Of a stretch of DNA of 64,000 nt, positions 61,416-64,000 are shown piece after piece (positions within the stretch are counted from its first letter, which is position 1; every line of letters begins with the position of its first letter). The notes beneath the pieces are model-generated. The model was not told where the DNA came from. It did no database searches and was given only the letters and a program-made list of their open reading frames with translations. Source of the DNA: Tubiluchus corallicola. Its lineage: Eukaryota > Animalia > Priapulida. The stretch covers positions 213,167 through 277,166 of the forward strand of contig JAQGDQ010002370.1 of NCBI GenBank assembly GCA_030141605.1. Reading direction: 5' to 3'. The position numbers and the translations under genes were made by a program.

Positions 61416-64000
61416 TTGGAAATGCATAACGCATAACGCATTCCGGATGTTCTGTAAGCGACTCTTTATTCAGCTACAATAGTGGGATTTTTGAGTGAAG
61501 TGCAAAAGCATCGTAATGCATGCCTTCGTGCTTTCCACCAGCTTACGTCATTTTTTACCATACTCCCGCAGCAAGGTTTGTTTGGTGAGAGATATGAATG
61601 ACTTAAATTTCTTTCGCAATTTTAAGCAGCGCATTTTATGCGCGTATATTACGTCTTAATTAAAATTTTTAGGTGTATATTAAAACACAATCTTATTCCA
61701 GAATTGGTTCTTCATTTAAGCAAAAACTTCTATTTATTTAAGTCAACTAGGCAGTCTTTTAGTGGGTACAGCTGTGCTTTCTCAATCTATGTTACAGTCA
61801 CATTTAATAGCCATTTAAAAGCTCCAGAAGTTTTCACCTTTAGTCTTTCACCTTCATTGCACCTTGAAAGTTGTGCGCCATAAAGAACCTCACTGTTTGT
61901 TTGCTATTAGTTGATATCAAGTAAAATCGATGTGTGGTGTGAACTTTTGATGATACAGTTCTGTGTCTCGTTAATAAGACGTAACAATTAATTGAAAACT
62001 ATTCTGGGATTTTTTATTAATTGTTTTGAATCTTATTTTAGTTGTTTAGGTTTAAATAAATAGTTTGCTTGTGTTAATCCATGTTAAAATTCATTGTGAA
62101 ACGTGACTTTTCACAATATACTGTTGTTGCGTGAGGTTGAAGTACAATATTTTATGCATGTATAAGTGACATGTTTTGCTTTAAGCAAATGTTTGAATCA
62201 TTATAAGCGTACGCCATTTTAAACGTTTTGCGAGAGCATACTTAGTATGGATACTGGCAACAATGCTGCCTGTGACAATGCTGCTAGTGATTATTCCATC
62301 AGTAGAAGTAATGTTCATGTACCGATGTACGAAGAGATTTCAAATTCTGGCATTCAGTTTGCTGACATGTCGAAACATGTGATGAGAAAGGAACCCATTA
62401 AAAAAGTACTGAGTGTTAGTGAACTTGATGCGGTAAGTTAGGAATTCCTTATATGTTAAGAGGCACAGAGAGCTCGCTGATGCTCATAACGTTATGTGGC
62501 TATCTTTCAGCAATCGTAATAAACGTTTTAGCGTTTTACAAACCAAATGAAAATAATATTGAGCAACCACTTTCTTGATTCCATTTTGCTTGAATATTAT
62601 CCATTCAGTACACTCCATTTTACAGTATAACATCGATCGAATTATATATAGTCAAACCAACAATATTTATTATCAAATAAATACATAAAATTTATTGTAA
62701 ACTCTGTTTGTTATCAATTTTCTTACGATTATGAGTATGAAATTATTATGTTGCTTAGGTTAACATAACTTGGGAGAATATAAACGTCTGGGCGACGCTG
62801 AAAGGTGGACGAAGTCGACATGATAGAGAAGCTGGACAATCTGACCCGGAAAAGCAAACAGAAAAAAGAGTTAAGAAGCATATTCTCCGAAATGGTATTA
62901 AAACAAAATTTAAAGACTATTTACTAGCACGACATTAAATTAGTCTTTGTCACATTATTTTAACAACTTGAGTTGGCCATTTCAATGTGCATCTAAGTTA
63001 AACAATCTGCTTCTTTAAATTCCTTTAAAAGTAAATAATTTTGAGAAATATACGTTAAACAAACTAGCACGGAACGGGTTGCTTCTGCAAAAGATTGTGC
63101 TGTTTCTGATAGGTGTAGTCACTGGCCACCCGAATAAATTAACATCGTGTAAATAGAGCGCATATAGAAACTGTAAATAATTTTTGTAATAACACGTTTT
63201 CTTCACTCTGCACCCAATTTTCGTATTTAGTTTAGCATAGCTTTGTGCTGCAGTAAAGTGATTCGAGTTCTCGCTTAGAGCTGAGAGCTTGCTTCTACTA
63301 TAAGTTCCGTAGCACAAAGGATAAGGCAGCAGCACCTTCATGCTATACTCAGGAGACTGCACTGTTAATGCAGCTTGGTTTTACTTTATGCCATTTTAAA
63401 TTTGAGAATGTTTTGGAAAATGCATTTCCGAGAGGTGTAGGCTTGTTATTTAGTTAATGATGAGATTAAGTAATTCACTGTAGTCTATTAGGAGCGCTCA
63501 GCCCAACTGCATCTAGTAAATTGTTGTAAAAAGTTGTTCTGCTTGCTTGTTTATTCCAACGACATTAATTTACAAGTTTCATTAATATGTTATGTGAAAA
63601 TTTGTTATTGCAGTTACTGGGTACGCAAAAGCTGGTACGCTGTTAGCAATTATGGGTGCCAGGTATAAAAGCATAGTCATATTAAAAAAAATTATATTGT
63701 TGACAAAAATATTTATATTGTCAAATTGAAGGCAAAATAGATTCTACACACTCGGATCGATTTAAAAGAGTTTATTTAGCTGTAATTATTTTCCGAAATC
63801 ATCTTAGCAGAAAATTCATGTTGAATCAGTTTTGCAATAATTATTACTTTACAAGCCGATTGGCTGACAAGTAAGGATACGAACCAGAAGCAAGATTCAT
63901 TTGTTGTTTGTTTGTTTTAGTGGTGCAGGCAAAAGTACACTTATGAACATTCTGACGCACAGGAATACTGAAATGTATACTGTTGAGGGTACAGTCAAAA
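61416..64000 (+). repeat. Recent tandem segmental duplication, near-identical to 49359-51934
   Basis: Colinear match of upstream DNA, exons and introns at an offset of ~12,060-12,066 bp; continues to the window end. Confidence 0.95.
62247..64000 (+). CDS. white: White-like ABCG half-transporter, copy D (5' part; runs off the window)
   Basis: Exons 62247-62432, 62759-62894, 63614-63662, 63921->64000 (..[18 protein letters not shown]..). Splice sites are intact, there are no stops, and it is almost identical to copy C. Confidence 0.88.

Overview
AT-rich, intron-rich animal (invertebrate) genomic DNA, not prokaryotic. The ORF track is mostly exon fragments or noise, so I rebuilt the gene models by hand from GT/AG boundaries, phase continuity and family motifs. 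Left to right: (1) a cyclic-nucleotide-gated channel beta-subunit gene (CNGB/TAX-2-like, minus strand, 14 coding exons in the window, 3' end outside it); (2) MOB4/phocein (minus, 7 exons, 222 aa); (3) proteasome subunit beta-3 PSMB3 (plus, 6 coding exons, 205 aa); (4) a tandem array of white-like ABCG half-transporter genes (plus): complete copy A (19 exons, 686 aa), a collapsed relic B, complete copy C (19 exons, 683 aa, needing one GC-AG intron) and the start of copy D, a near-identical ~12.07 kb-offset duplicate of C. Introns and spacers hold three copies of a TTAA-flanked Kolobok-like non-autonomous element, Tc1/mariner, LINE and HINE-like relics, and microsatellites. Most worth a second look: the birth-and-death white/ABCG array (possible lineage-specific heterodimer system), an RFX X-box cluster inside the CNGB gene that may mark an internal ciliary promoter, an inverted duplication bracketing the MOB4 promoter, and an 81-codon ORF kept upstream of copies B, C and D. 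I found no unambiguous new system; these are hypotheses. The taxon (possibly cnidarian) cannot be established from this window.
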